This document shows positions 30,184 through 38,728 of a stretch of 41,348 nucleotides of DNA, piece by piece (the stretch's first letter is position 1; each line of letters opens with the position of its first letter). A program made the position numbers and the translations under genes. Under the pieces are notes generated by a model, which was not told the origin of the DNA, did no database searches, and saw only the letters and a list, made by a program, of their open reading frames with translations. The stretch is taken from the IMG/VR virus record IMGVR_UViG_3300045988_060405, positions 1-41,348 of that record. The stretch is one strand, 5' to 3'. This stretch comes from a virus.

Positions 30184-31347
30184 CTACGGCGCTACACGCC
30201 CTCTCATATCGTAGTAGATTCTCTCACGCTGCTCTACGAGTTCCATTTTCCTGCAAAATGCCTTGTACTCATCAAGCTGCGCCTGATACTTGCATCTCGC
30301 AAGCATAACCATGTCTTCATCTGCTCCGGCCTTCTGTAATAACCTTACCTTCTCACGCTGCGCTCTCATATTCGTTTCAAGGTATCGCTGGCGCTGTGTG
30401 GCCTCGTATTTTGTGTATTCCCGGCCTTTAAAACGCTTAGGCTTATCTTCCTTCGCATTCTGTTCGGAAAGCCACTTATCGCTGAATTGCCGCTCAGAAA
30501 TACCAGGAATAAACGGATAATAGCTATGGTAGCAATTCGCGCCGTTAAGCCCGGTTACAGTTCCAAGGCCGCATACGGTCCGCAATTCTTCACGGCTCCA
30601 AACTTTGCCTTGCCACACTCTGTGTGTCGGTCTGGCTCCCTCGTGCCAGTCAATCTCGAAATAGTCTGTATGCAGCTTCTTGGCGTTCATTTCCGAAATC
30701 TTCCCGGTAAGCTGTGAAATCCCCGTCATAACTGCCCTTCTGGCAGCTACATCACAACGGCTTGTATATCCACTCGCATAATCGACGGTACGCAAGCCCG
30801 AATTCGTCATTTGTGTTACCACACGTCGGATCACGGTGTTATAATCGAATGCCCCGGAAGTGATCTCAACAATGGCATTATCAAGATACTCATTGTAATA
30901 GTCTGCCAGCGGCGAAAAAACCAGCCGGCCGCCGCCCATATCAACCTTAAACCCCAGGGATCGAGTGATATTATACAGTTCATCGTTGGATTGCTGAACA
31001 AGAGCGTTGGTAAGTTGCTGTAATTCCTGATTCGCTTCATAAGGGACAAAATTCTCATTCACCTGTTCATATAGCTGCTTCGCTCTCGTATAATATTTCT
31101 CGATCACTTCGTCGTACAGCTCGAACGTTTCCGGGAAGGAATCTCCTACTGCTTTTTTAATGATATCCTCGATATCCTTTGTACTGTTTCCCAGTATGTA
31201 GTATCTAAGGAGTTGATAATCGGCGGTTGACGTGATCGTTCCGGTCTTCTTAATCCGGCGTATCACATCTTCCATAATTCGAGTTTCGAGGTTCCGATAC
31301 TTCTTCTCGATTCCCGTAGCCAGATAACTTTCATAGCTTTTGTTCAT
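30184..31347 (-). CDS. Head morphogenesis protein (SPP1 gp7 / Phage_Mu_F family)
   Basis: DWHEGARPTHRVWQGKVWS...GANCYHSYYPF. Located after the portal gene. Confidence 0.85.
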   Translation of the reverse strand: MNKSYESYLATGIEKKYRNLETRIMEDVIRRIKKTGTITSTADYQLLRYYILGNSTKDIEDIIKKAVGDSFPETFELYDEVIEKYYTRAKQLYEQVNENFVPYEANQELQQLTNALVQQSNDELYNITRSLGFKVDMGGGRLVFSPLADYYNEYLDNAIVEITSGAFDYNTVIRRVVTQMTNSGLRTVDYASGYTSRCDVAARRAVMTGISQLTGKISEMNAKKLHTDYFEIDWHEGARPTHRVWQGKVWSREELRTVCGLGTVTGLNGANCYHSYYPFIPGISERQFSDKWLSEQNAKEDKPKRFKGREYTKYEATQRQRYLETNMRAQREKVRLLQKAGADEDMVMLARCKYQAQLDEYKAFCRKMELVEQRERIYYDMRGRVAP

Positions 31348-32777
31348 TACGGAATCACTCCCGTCTGTTCAGGGATTTTCTTCGCTGCCTGCTCCTCTGT
31401 TTCCCCGTACCACTTCGCCCGGTATTCTGCTAGGCTCATAACCCCCATAGCTACGTCCTGCCGGTCCTCTTTGCGCTCCGTCTGCTTATCCTCAATGATT
31501 GAATCATCAAAGTCGATTGTTATCTCTGTCTCTTCAGATAGGCCAGGGACTTTCGCCACAATCCCTAACCGTATGATAATTTTAATCAGCCTTTTGAGCA
31601 CAGCATCAAGTACAATCTCGTGCTTCTGCAACGTCCGGTACATATCGGAATTTTCCGAGATCACTTCCGTGGCTGTTGTTACGCCTCCCTGCTCAAAACG
31701 GTAACGCTGTGTTCCGAACCCACATTTCATTGAAAGATAATTAAGATCATCATTAATAGCTTTGCTGTGCTGCTCTACCCTCAGCGTCATATCAATTTCT
31801 TTAATAGGCTCTTTCGAGTCCTTTAAATAATCATCTGGGAGGCGATAAAACACAGTATCACCAGTATCAAAAGTCGGATTTCCGTCTTTATCCTCCAGCA
31901 TCTCAGGCGCCACAAATATTCTCTTCCGGCCAAGATCAAACTCGTTCGCGTACGAGTCATATTCCAGGTCTATCTTCCGGAATACATCAATGGAATTCGC
32001 CAAGAGTGACATACCCATCGGGTTATTATCGTCTTCCGCCGCATTGTTCACCAGATTCAGCCGGTCAATTACGTACTGTGGTTCTTTCGATCCGGTCTCT
32101 ATCCTGTCAGCCAGCCCCTCAAACGGTGGTAATGCATTCCACTGTTCAGGCGTCAACTCCTTCCCGGCTCCGTTCGTGCATTCAACCACCACATTCTCGA
32201 TGATATAGTTTCCTGCCGCTTCTCCGGCCTTCTCAGTTCTGTGAAACTGTATCTGTACGTACTTCTTTCGATTGTACGTGTGTGGGAATAAGAAAGCGCA
32301 TTCCGTGATTTCACGGTTGTTCCATGACAGAGGGAAAATGTTGGGGGCCTCCAAATAGTTTATTCTTACTTCTCCTCCGTGCACATTCCCGGCCTCGTCA
32401 ACGTCCATATTGTCGAGATACGGAATATAGGCCACTGTCCCGGTTGCCGCCTTGCGCTCCTGGTATTCATTTCCGATATTCCAGAAATCGTTTTTCTGCA
32501 ATACTTCTTTGACGAATGTGTTCGTTGTCTCATCAGACAGCGTTACTTTCACCCGTTCATTAAGAAGCAGGTTAGCCATATCCTCGCATACCTTTTTCGG
32601 CATTCCGAGGCTGTGACGATGACATTTCGTCCATGTCCCCTGACCACCGTATATCCGGTAAACGTGGAACTTACGGACATTGCTCCGGTACCAACTATAC
32701 CATTCCGATATTTTCGAGTAAAAGGAACTGTCTACTGTGTCAATTCCTTTCTTCTTGAAATAGCTAAATATATTCAT
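31347..32777 (-). CDS. Portal protein (SPP1 Gp6-like)
   Basis: Size and position after terL. ATG at 32777 behind GAGGAGG. Confidence 0.85.
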   Translation of the reverse strand: MNIFSYFKKKGIDTVDSSFYSKISEWYSWYRSNVRKFHVYRIYGGQGTWTKCHRHSLGMPKKVCEDMANLLLNERVKVTLSDETTNTFVKEVLQKNDFWNIGNEYQERKAATGTVAYIPYLDNMDVDEAGNVHGGEVRINYLEAPNIFPLSWNNREITECAFLFPHTYNRKKYVQIQFHRTEKAGEAAGNYIIENVVVECTNGAGKELTPEQWNALPPFEGLADRIETGSKEPQYVIDRLNLVNNAAEDDNNPMGMSLLANSIDVFRKIDLEYDSYANEFDLGRKRIFVAPEMLEDKDGNPTFDTGDTVFYRLPDDYLKDSKEPIKEIDMTLRVEQHSKAINDDLNYLSMKCGFGTQRYRFEQGGVTTATEVISENSDMYRTLQKHEIVLDAVLKRLIKIIIRLGIVAKVPGLSEETEITIDFDDSIIEDKQTERKEDRQDVAMGVMSLAEYRAKWYGETEEQAAKKIPEQTGVIP

Positions 32778-34146
32778 CTTCCACCTCCTCATCCAGCGGA
32801 TTCCGGTATTCCTTTTCGTATTCCTTCACCGGGAGCCAGTGTTTCATTTTTTTCCAGAACCCCATGACGAGATACCGGATAGCATCCATGCAGTGATCGT
32901 CCACCTTCACAGGTACTTCTTTTCCGCGCTCGATGGATTTCTTGTCATATTCATAAGTTCCGAATTCCTCCACTGCGTATTCCTGCAATGGTGAGATCGT
33001 CATAATCCCATATGTCAATAGCTTCTGTACTCTTGATATTCCGAGTTCTACCTCATTCTCGGCGCCTCGGATTAGAACAGTATAATCACAATCCCTCGTC
33101 GCTCTTTTGATCTCCTCCGCCAGCCCTCGCGCGGAAGGATCGATAAAAACATAAAAGTAACTGCACTCATACTTTTCATGCAACGCGTCTGTGAAAGAAA
33201 TAAAGTCTTTCGCATAATCAGACGGGCTTTTCTGCTTTCCCGTTTCCCTGCCTGAGTAATAATACTCTGCAAGCCCGGTTAATCGTTTCTGGTATTCATC
33301 AAGGCCGGCCGCTTCATAAACGGTCGCGTTCTGCTGTCCGTAATCTACTCCAATACCAATAATCCGATACCGCCTATTTTCCGGCCTCTCCTTATGCTTG
33401 TCAGAAAACATGTAGTAGATTACCTCATCTACCCCTATGCTCTGCCCCAGCCATACCCACCTGTATTGTCGCTCATCTGCCGCCTTCATGATCTCCGCAG
33501 ACTCTATCAGGTCTTTTCCAAGCCAGTCCTCCGGAACGTCTCTATAGTCCGTGTGAATATGGATACAGTCCGCCCGCTTCTCCATCTTCTTGCACCACTT
33601 GTTGATTGGTGCGTTCGGATTCTTTGGCGGGTTGTATAGATATATCATCTGGAATCCGCTGCTGTTGCCACGGATAAACGTAGCCTCGATATTCTGTAGT
33701 TCGTCTTCTCCCTCGCCATCATCAAAGAATTCGGTAAGTTCATCGAGGATAACCAGCTTAATAGGCTTGCTCTCATCAATGATACCTTTTGTATCGTCGA
33801 TACCATCAGAACCGGCGAAATACATCGTAGTGCCATATTTACGGTACGTGATTTCCATGGGTGATTTCCCGATCCGGAACGCCCTCTTGTCGATTCCCAG
33901 CCGGTTGATACCTCTCAGCATCTCCTTGTACACCGTCTTCCGCAGCTTGTTATGATGCTTTCTGAGCACTACTACGGAACCGTTCGGGTCGTTGATTAAC
34001 TGGAAAATACTCCGAACGCCCGCGTAACTTGATTTCGTACCGGCTCTTCCGGATGTTAAAATGATATGGCGGTGTGTCTTGTCGTTAAACAGCGGAAGAT
34101 ACTTCGGTATGATCGTCTCTGATATCCTGATCTGCTTGCGGTGCAT
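32764..34146 (-). CDS. terL: Terminase large subunit (PBSX/Terminase_3 type)
   Basis: Walker A-like LTSGRAGTKSS, followed by the nuclease half with DDHCMDAIRY. Confidence 0.9.
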   Translation of the reverse strand: MHRKQIRISETIIPKYLPLFNDKTHRHIILTSGRAGTKSSYAGVRSIFQLINDPNGSVVVLRKHHNKLRKTVYKEMLRGINRLGIDKRAFRIGKSPMEITYRKYGTTMYFAGSDGIDDTKGIIDESKPIKLVILDELTEFFDDGEGEDELQNIEATFIRGNSSGFQMIYLYNPPKNPNAPINKWCKKMEKRADCIHIHTDYRDVPEDWLGKDLIESAEIMKAADERQYRWVWLGQSIGVDEVIYYMFSDKHKERPENRRYRIIGIGVDYGQQNATVYEAAGLDEYQKRLTGLAEYYYSGRETGKQKSPSDYAKDFISFTDALHEKYECSYFYVFIDPSARGLAEEIKRATRDCDYTVLIRGAENEVELGISRVQKLLTYGIMTISPLQEYAVEEFGTYEYDKKSIERGKEVPVKVDDHCMDAIRYLVMGFWKKMKHWLPVKEYEKEYRNPLDEEVEDEYI

Positions 34147-35014
34147 CGTTTATCACCTCCACGCCGTCGCCGTTGTCTCCGCCTGCGCTCTCCCTAATGA
34201 TCTTCCCGGTCTGTGCCTGTATATGGTCAATCCTTGCCCGCTGCTCTGGCGTCGCAAGGTCCATGTGGTCCGCAAGCCATTCCAGTGCTTTCATGCGGTC
34301 AGCCAGTTTAATACTGGCTCCGTCCCGCCCCTGCTTAACCTCCGTTATGATCGTTCCGTCAACCACATCGGATTCACGGAAACGAACGCTGTTAACAGTT
34401 TTCATGAGCGGAACTTTTTTCCCTGTTGCCGGGTCCTCAACCTGTATAGGCCCGAATGCTCCCATGGCCTGTGTTTCCTCGCGGCCAAACTCCACATAAT
34501 CGGTAATGTCAGAAAATGCAATGTCCATGTACTTCTGGAAAATATCGTGTTCGTCAAGCATTTCCCGGTTTAGCCGGTCCTGCTTAAGCCGCGTGATTTC
34601 CGCCCTGACCTTTGGATTTCTTAGTAGTTTGCACCCTTCGACCATTGCCGTCTCGTAACTGCTGTTATACGCTTTCTGGTATGATCTCGTTGCATTGAAG
34701 CATCTCACATACCGGATGCAGAAAAGCCGCTGCTTGTCGGTCAGGTTAGGATTCTCTAACACCTGTATCACTTCTTCAGCAACAGCTTTCTTTTCTTCTT
34801 TCCGAACGTTCGCCTTTTTTTCTGAGTGTTCGCGTTTGTTTTCCGAACGCTCGCTTTTCTTTTCCGAACGTTCGCTTCCCCACTTATATGTTGATTTCCA
34901 GCGCCGTACTGTCCCTTCCGGTATCCCTAGCTGCTTTGAAATCTCCACTAATTTCTTTCCGGCAAGGAACATTGCTTCTGCCTGTTGCACTCTCTGATCT
35001 GGCGCTCTTGCCAT
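34085..35014 (-). CDS. terS: Terminase small subunit (N-terminal HTH plus Terminase_2 domain)
   Basis: LGIPEGTVRRWKSTYKW is the HTH. LTDKQRLFCIRYVRCFNATRSYQKAY...LLRNPKVRAEI is the Terminase_2 core. ATG at 35014 behind AGAGGTGA. Confidence 0.85.
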   Translation of the reverse strand: MARAPDQRVQQAEAMFLAGKKLVEISKQLGIPEGTVRRWKSTYKWGSERSEKKSERSENKREHSEKKANVRKEEKKAVAEEVIQVLENPNLTDKQRLFCIRYVRCFNATRSYQKAYNSSYETAMVEGCKLLRNPKVRAEITRLKQDRLNREMLDEHDIFQKYMDIAFSDITDYVEFGREETQAMGAFGPIQVEDPATGKKVPLMKTVNSVRFRESDVVDGTIITEVKQGRDGASIKLADRMKALEWLADHMDLATPEQRARIDHIQAQTGKIIRESAGGDNGDGVEVINDAPQADQDIRDDHTEVSSAV

Positions 35015-35036
35015 AGTATCACCTCTATTCGCGTAA

Positions 35037-35070
35037 AATAAAGGCACCCGTTTGCCGCCGGATGCCTTTT
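35037..35070 (-). terminator. Intrinsic terminator immediately upstream of the terS RBS
   Basis: The minus sense reads AAGGCATCCG-gcggcaaa-CGGGTGCCTT followed by TATTTTA. Confidence 0.6.
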
Positions 35071-35296
35071 ACAAGAAGGAACAAAAAATGAAAGAAAAAG
35101 CGGAACACCACGGAATCGAACCGGAACCCAGGGCGCGACCCTGTCCATCTGCCATTGATGGTATGCTCCACATATACCGGATTGTCTCCGGTATTGCCTT
35201 TATTGATTTTGTAAGGTCTATTAAGGAAGAACTTTTAGACCTTGCCGTAAAAGCGTGTCAGGGTTGTGTTTTATTGATACACTTTTCTCATTTTAA

Positions 35297-35305
35297 ATTA
35301 TAACA
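35297..35305 (-). promoter_or_regulatory. Candidate late promoter (extended -10 TGtTATAAT)
   Basis: The minus sense reads CCTGTGTTATAAT, 30 nt after the stop of the late-regulator gene. The -35 is weak. Confidence 0.4.
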
Positions 35306-35333
35306 CAGGTACCCCGGACGCGAACGGACACTT

Positions 35334-35783
35334 TTATTTTTTTTCCAATTCCCTATTAATTTTCTTTCGGCAAGCCTCCCCGGTATATCCTTCTCCCATG
35401 GCGTCAGCCACTTCATTCCATGTTTTTTCTTCGATAAAGAAGAATCTCATCATGCGCCGTGTCTCACTGTCTGGAATCTCGTTTATGTACTCCTCTACAT
35501 CAAGGATCATATTTTCGATCCGGGCAAGACGTAATTCCTGCTTTGCTTTCCTTTCCCGCAGCCGGGCTCTCTTGCGATTAATCTGCGTATTGTCCTCATT
35601 TCCGTGTATCGTACAGATTCCGAGGGGTTTCTTCCCTCTTTTTCCCTTTGTTACCACGTCAGTGACTTCTTTGCAGATGGGAGCCATGGCCTGTATCTCT
35701 GTATCCATCTCCTGTATTCTTTTTTCCTCGTCTGCAAATTCCCGTTTAAGGCTTGCGCACTGCCGTAATATGCTCTTATCCAT
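35334..35783 (-). CDS. Putative late-gene transcriptional regulator (sigma-70 region-4-like HTH; ArpU/RinA-like position)
   Basis: C-terminal IPDSETRRMMRFFFIEEKTWNEVADAMGEGYTGEACRKKINRELEK. It is the last gene before the terminase leader. Confidence 0.6.
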   Translation of the reverse strand: MDKSILRQCASLKREFADEEKRIQEMDTEIQAMAPICKEVTDVVTKGKRGKKPLGICTIHGNEDNTQINRKRARLRERKAKQELRLARIENMILDVEEYINEIPDSETRRMMRFFFIEEKTWNEVADAMGEGYTGEACRKKINRELEKK

Positions 35784-35792
35784 CATTACCTC

Positions 35793-36884
35793 CTATGCCG
35801 CGAATAACTCATGTACCTGTTTCATTGATTCGTCGTCGTCGATGATATAACACTCTGACGTCGTATTGATATTGCTATGGCCGAGAATCCGCTGGATATC
35901 CTTAATTGACGCGCCATGCCTAGACATATATGTCGCAAGGTATGCCCGGAACATATGTGGGTGGAGATTAAGCCCGATCAGGCGTTTGTCAGACTCCACA
36001 ATCGCATTAAGCATGTGCCGGATACTATCATCACTCAGCCGTGTGTATATCCCACCCTTGCGGCGGAAGTTAAGGAACAACGCCGGATCGCAATCTGTGA
36101 TCTGCCTGCGCTCCGCCAGATACTCCTCCAGGTGTACCAGCGCCCGCGGTGTGAAGAATGCCGGCCGCTCCTTGCGCCCCTTACCGTATATGATGCATTT
36201 CCCGGCCCTGATATCAATATCATTAAGGTCAAGCCCTACAAGCTCACTCACACGCATTCCAGTCGCGATAAGGACCTCAACGACCGCCCTATCTCGTATA
36301 GTCTGGCAATCACACCGGATTATCTCGGCCTGCTCATCCGTCAGTACTGTACGCAACTTTTTCTCCGTCTTAACCTTGTTGATCTTGTCCATGGGATTCT
36401 TTTTCGGTTTCCTCATCAGACTGCCGCCGTCCTCGATCAAATCCTCCGACATGATCCACCGGTAAAAAGACTGTAAGGCGTGATACTTATTATTGATTGT
36501 CGTATCGCTGTTATGCTTAACGATCTGTCTCCAGGACAGGTATGCCCTTACGTCGTTGGTCGTTATATCTGCATAATGCTTTCTGCACCACTCGAAAAAG
36601 TTTCTGAGTTCCCCGCGATAGTTCTCAATTGTCCCGGCAGTCCGTTTCTCTAGCTGCATACACCGGAGCCACATTTCCACCACGCGCGGGGTATCGTCTA
36701 TATACTCCGTCGGAAGCTGCCGGCCGGCGTAATCGTCTGCTAAGATCGTCTTGTCCATCAGATTCATGTAGAGGGCTGCCTTCACCTGATTAAGCCGTTC
36801 CTGCTCCGCCCACATGTCCATACTTGCCATCAATGTTTCCATCACCGTCATAACAAAATTGTCTGTATTAATCGCTGTCTGCAT
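35793..36884 (-). CDS. Second tyrosine recombinase (XerC/XerD-like, with a SAM-like N-terminal domain)
   Basis: Full catalytic set: ATGMRVSEL (R), GKGRKER (K), HPHMFRAY (HxxR), LGHSNINTT (H), ECYI (Y). Its stop overlaps the SD of the late regulator. Confidence 0.9.
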   Translation of the reverse strand: MQTAINTDNFVMTVMETLMASMDMWAEQERLNQVKAALYMNLMDKTILADDYAGRQLPTEYIDDTPRVVEMWLRCMQLEKRTAGTIENYRGELRNFFEWCRKHYADITTNDVRAYLSWRQIVKHNSDTTINNKYHALQSFYRWIMSEDLIEDGGSLMRKPKKNPMDKINKVKTEKKLRTVLTDEQAEIIRCDCQTIRDRAVVEVLIATGMRVSELVGLDLNDIDIRAGKCIIYGKGRKERPAFFTPRALVHLEEYLAERRQITDCDPALFLNFRRKGGIYTRLSDDSIRHMLNAIVESDKRLIGLNLHPHMFRAYLATYMSRHGASIKDIQRILGHSNINTTSECYIIDDDESMKQVHELFAA

Positions 36885-36964
36885 ATTATAATCCTCCTCA
36901 TGGTATGATTTTCCAGTTGATTTATCACGCCTGAGTCGGTTATAATATACTCAGGCAATAGCTA

Positions 36965-37008
36965 AGCGGTGGCGCATATCTTCCAGGATATCCACCGCTT
37001 TTTATTTG
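36965..37008 (+). terminator. Long hairpin with a T-run on the plus strand only
   Basis: AGCGGTGG...CCACCGCT (with an inner ATATC/GATAT stem) followed by TTTTTATTTGTTT. No convincing plus-strand gene lies upstream. Confidence 0.4.
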
Positions 37009-37038
37009 TTTCGATCATATGTTCTCTTCTCAAGTTTT

Positions 37039-37329
37039 TTATTTCCGGGGATTTCTCCCCGGATTCTTTCTCTTTCGCTGCCTCATCTGCAATACCAGGT
37101 CCGGCCATAGTACGCTATCCAATACGCCACTCGGCAACCGCACCAGCGCAAAACGCTTATACTTCTCCACGATCTCCGCCTTGTGTTCTTCTCCTGTGTG
37201 CCCCATTGCTTCCACGCCCTGGGCCTTGTAGGTATGTACCGTTACCGTGCGGCTGATCCGGTAATACCGCTGTGCGGCCTGTATCTCCTTCTGGGTTATG
37301 TACCCTTTCGGGATTTCTTGATGTTTCAA
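37039..37329 (-). CDS. Hypothetical protein (96 aa)
   Basis: ORF track. Basic C-terminal tail. Confidence 0.6.
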   Translation of the reverse strand: MKHQEIPKGYITQKEIQAAQRYYRISRTVTVHTYKAQGVEAMGHTGEEHKAEIVEKYKRFALVRLPSGVLDSVLWPDLVLQMRQRKRKNPGRNPRK

Positions 37330-37544
37330 TTTATGTACCTCCTGACCTCTTCGACTGCGTCATACCATCCGCGTGTATACAGTATATGGTATTCGTGAGG
37401 CAGTTCCATGCCATTTATGCGCTCACGTATCTCTGCCAGGCGCATTCGCAACGCCTCATTCTCCTGCATTAGATCATCACAGTGCTTTTTATATTCGTCG
37501 CATTTGTTACATCCTCTTATTTTACAGCTTGTGTTGTCTATCAC
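37326..37544 (-). CDS. Hypothetical Cys-containing coiled-coil protein (72 aa)
   Basis: ORF track. 4-nt overlap with the downstream gene. Confidence 0.6.
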   Translation of the reverse strand: MIDNTSCKIRGCNKCDEYKKHCDDLMQENEALRMRLAEIRERINGMELPHEYHILYTRGWYDAVEEVRRYIN

Positions 37545-37571
37545 GTTTCAAACCTCCTTCATATTACGATT

Positions 37572-37847
37572 TTACTCGCAAAACTCATGGATCGCCCAAA
37601 AGGGAAAAGTAACAATCCATAATATAATCATCACGATTCTTAATAAAAATCCGATTGCCACCTGAAGTATACATTTTAGCAAATCACTTACCTTCAACAT
37701 CCTTCTGTGGTGTACTCTCCATAAATGAATTTCATGTTTTAATGCGTGTAACGGGTGTATAAATATCTGGTTCAAATCATTCCCTTTTATCGATATTTCC
37801 TTTCCGCAAACAGAACAATATGAACTCACCTTATTTGTTTTGAACAC
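37572..37847 (-). CDS. Small membrane protein with an N-terminal CxxC motif (91 aa)
   Basis: YCSVCGKE... at the N-terminus. Hydrophobic C-terminus VAIGFLLRIVMIILWIVTFPFWAI. Confidence 0.55.
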   Translation of the reverse strand: MFKTNKVSSYCSVCGKEISIKGNDLNQIFIHPLHALKHEIHLWRVHHRRMLKVSDLLKCILQVAIGFLLRIVMIILWIVTFPFWAIHEFCE

Positions 37848-37870
37848 TGATTTTCCCCTTCTTTCTCGAT

Positions 37871-38446
37871 TTAGTCATCTCTCAAACGAGCCGGTAAAAC
37901 AATTTTTAAATTCTCCCGCTCTCCCTTTCTTCCCGTTCTGATAATCACTGGGGATACAGAGTCGTATATATCTATCTTCGCCATTTTTTTATCAGAATCG
38001 TAGGTGCTAATGGAATCCAGTGCGTCTTTTAAGTACTTTGCGTTAATCCCTATCGTAATCATTTTCTCTTTTTCTTGATATTCCTTCAGTATCTTGTCAA
38101 CAGGATAGTACTGGCCTTCCGGCTGCACATATCCCATGATTGACTCTCCCACCTGCACATACAGCCGGCTATTACTCACTTCCAATTCCGCATAGTTATC
38201 GCGTTTTGTGATCTTCGGAATTGTTGGCCTTATGTAACAGGTAAATGATTCGTCAGCTTCTACCAGCTCCGCATATTCAATCGAGATTCTGTGGCCCTCT
38301 AACGCTGTGGCCCGGATTACTTTTTCTTTCGCGTCGATTTCTAAGTATGTCCACCGCATTAACTCCGAGAGCGTTCCGTCACCCACAAATCGCTTTGTAT
38401 TATCAATAATTCGTTTAAATTCTCCAGCGCATATTTTTGCCTTCAA
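37871..38446 (-). CDS. Short DnaN (beta sliding clamp)-like protein (~192 aa)
   Basis: GINAKYLKDALDSI...DSVSPVIIRTG...KIVLPARL resembles DnaN domain III motifs. Probable TTG start at 38446 behind GAGGAGGAAAG. Confidence 0.55.
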   Translation of the reverse strand: MKAKICAGEFKRIIDNTKRFVGDGTLSELMRWTYLEIDAKEKVIRATALEGHRISIEYAELVEADESFTCYIRPTIPKITKRDNYAELEVSNSRLYVQVGESIMGYVQPEGQYYPVDKILKEYQEKEKMITIGINAKYLKDALDSISTYDSDKKMAKIDIYDSVSPVIIRTGRKGERENLKIVLPARLRDD

Positions 38447-38468
38447 TTTCTTTCCTCCTCTACATGAT

Positions 38469-38690
38469 CTAATCAATTATGTCTCGTGGGTCTAATTCTT
38501 TTTCGTATTTCATTCCACAAATCGGGCATTTTGAAAGTAGGATGGGAACTTCCCTTTCTCTCTTCTTCCCCGGCTCTCTGGCAGTGAAAGATATATATAC
38601 TCTCCCTGACAAAATTTCAACGGGTGGCTGTACATGTTCATATCCCTTTTCTTCCAGCCTTTTTTTCATGTCATATATGCAATTACACAT
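38469..38690 (-). CDS. Small zinc-ribbon-like protein (73 aa)
   Basis: MCNC... at the N-terminus and CPICGMKY at the C-terminus. Confidence 0.6.
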   Translation of the reverse strand: MCNCIYDMKKRLEEKGYEHVQPPVEILSGRVYISFTAREPGKKREREVPILLSKCPICGMKYEKELDPRDIID

Positions 38691-38728
38691 TCCGTTCCTC
38701 CTCTAAATGATCGTTTTACGAATTAACC

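Noticed and set aside
35095-35180. tRNA-like signal (GGTTCGATTCC T-loop motif followed by GTGTTCCGC and a T-run on the minus strand), suggesting a phage tRNA gene
   Set aside because: No cloverleaf could be built. The T-stem has a C-T mismatch. No 5' acceptor strand complementary to GTGTTCC or GTTCCGC exists upstream. No D-arm or 7-nt anticodon loop is present. It is treated as part of the structured late leader, possibly a tRNA remnant.
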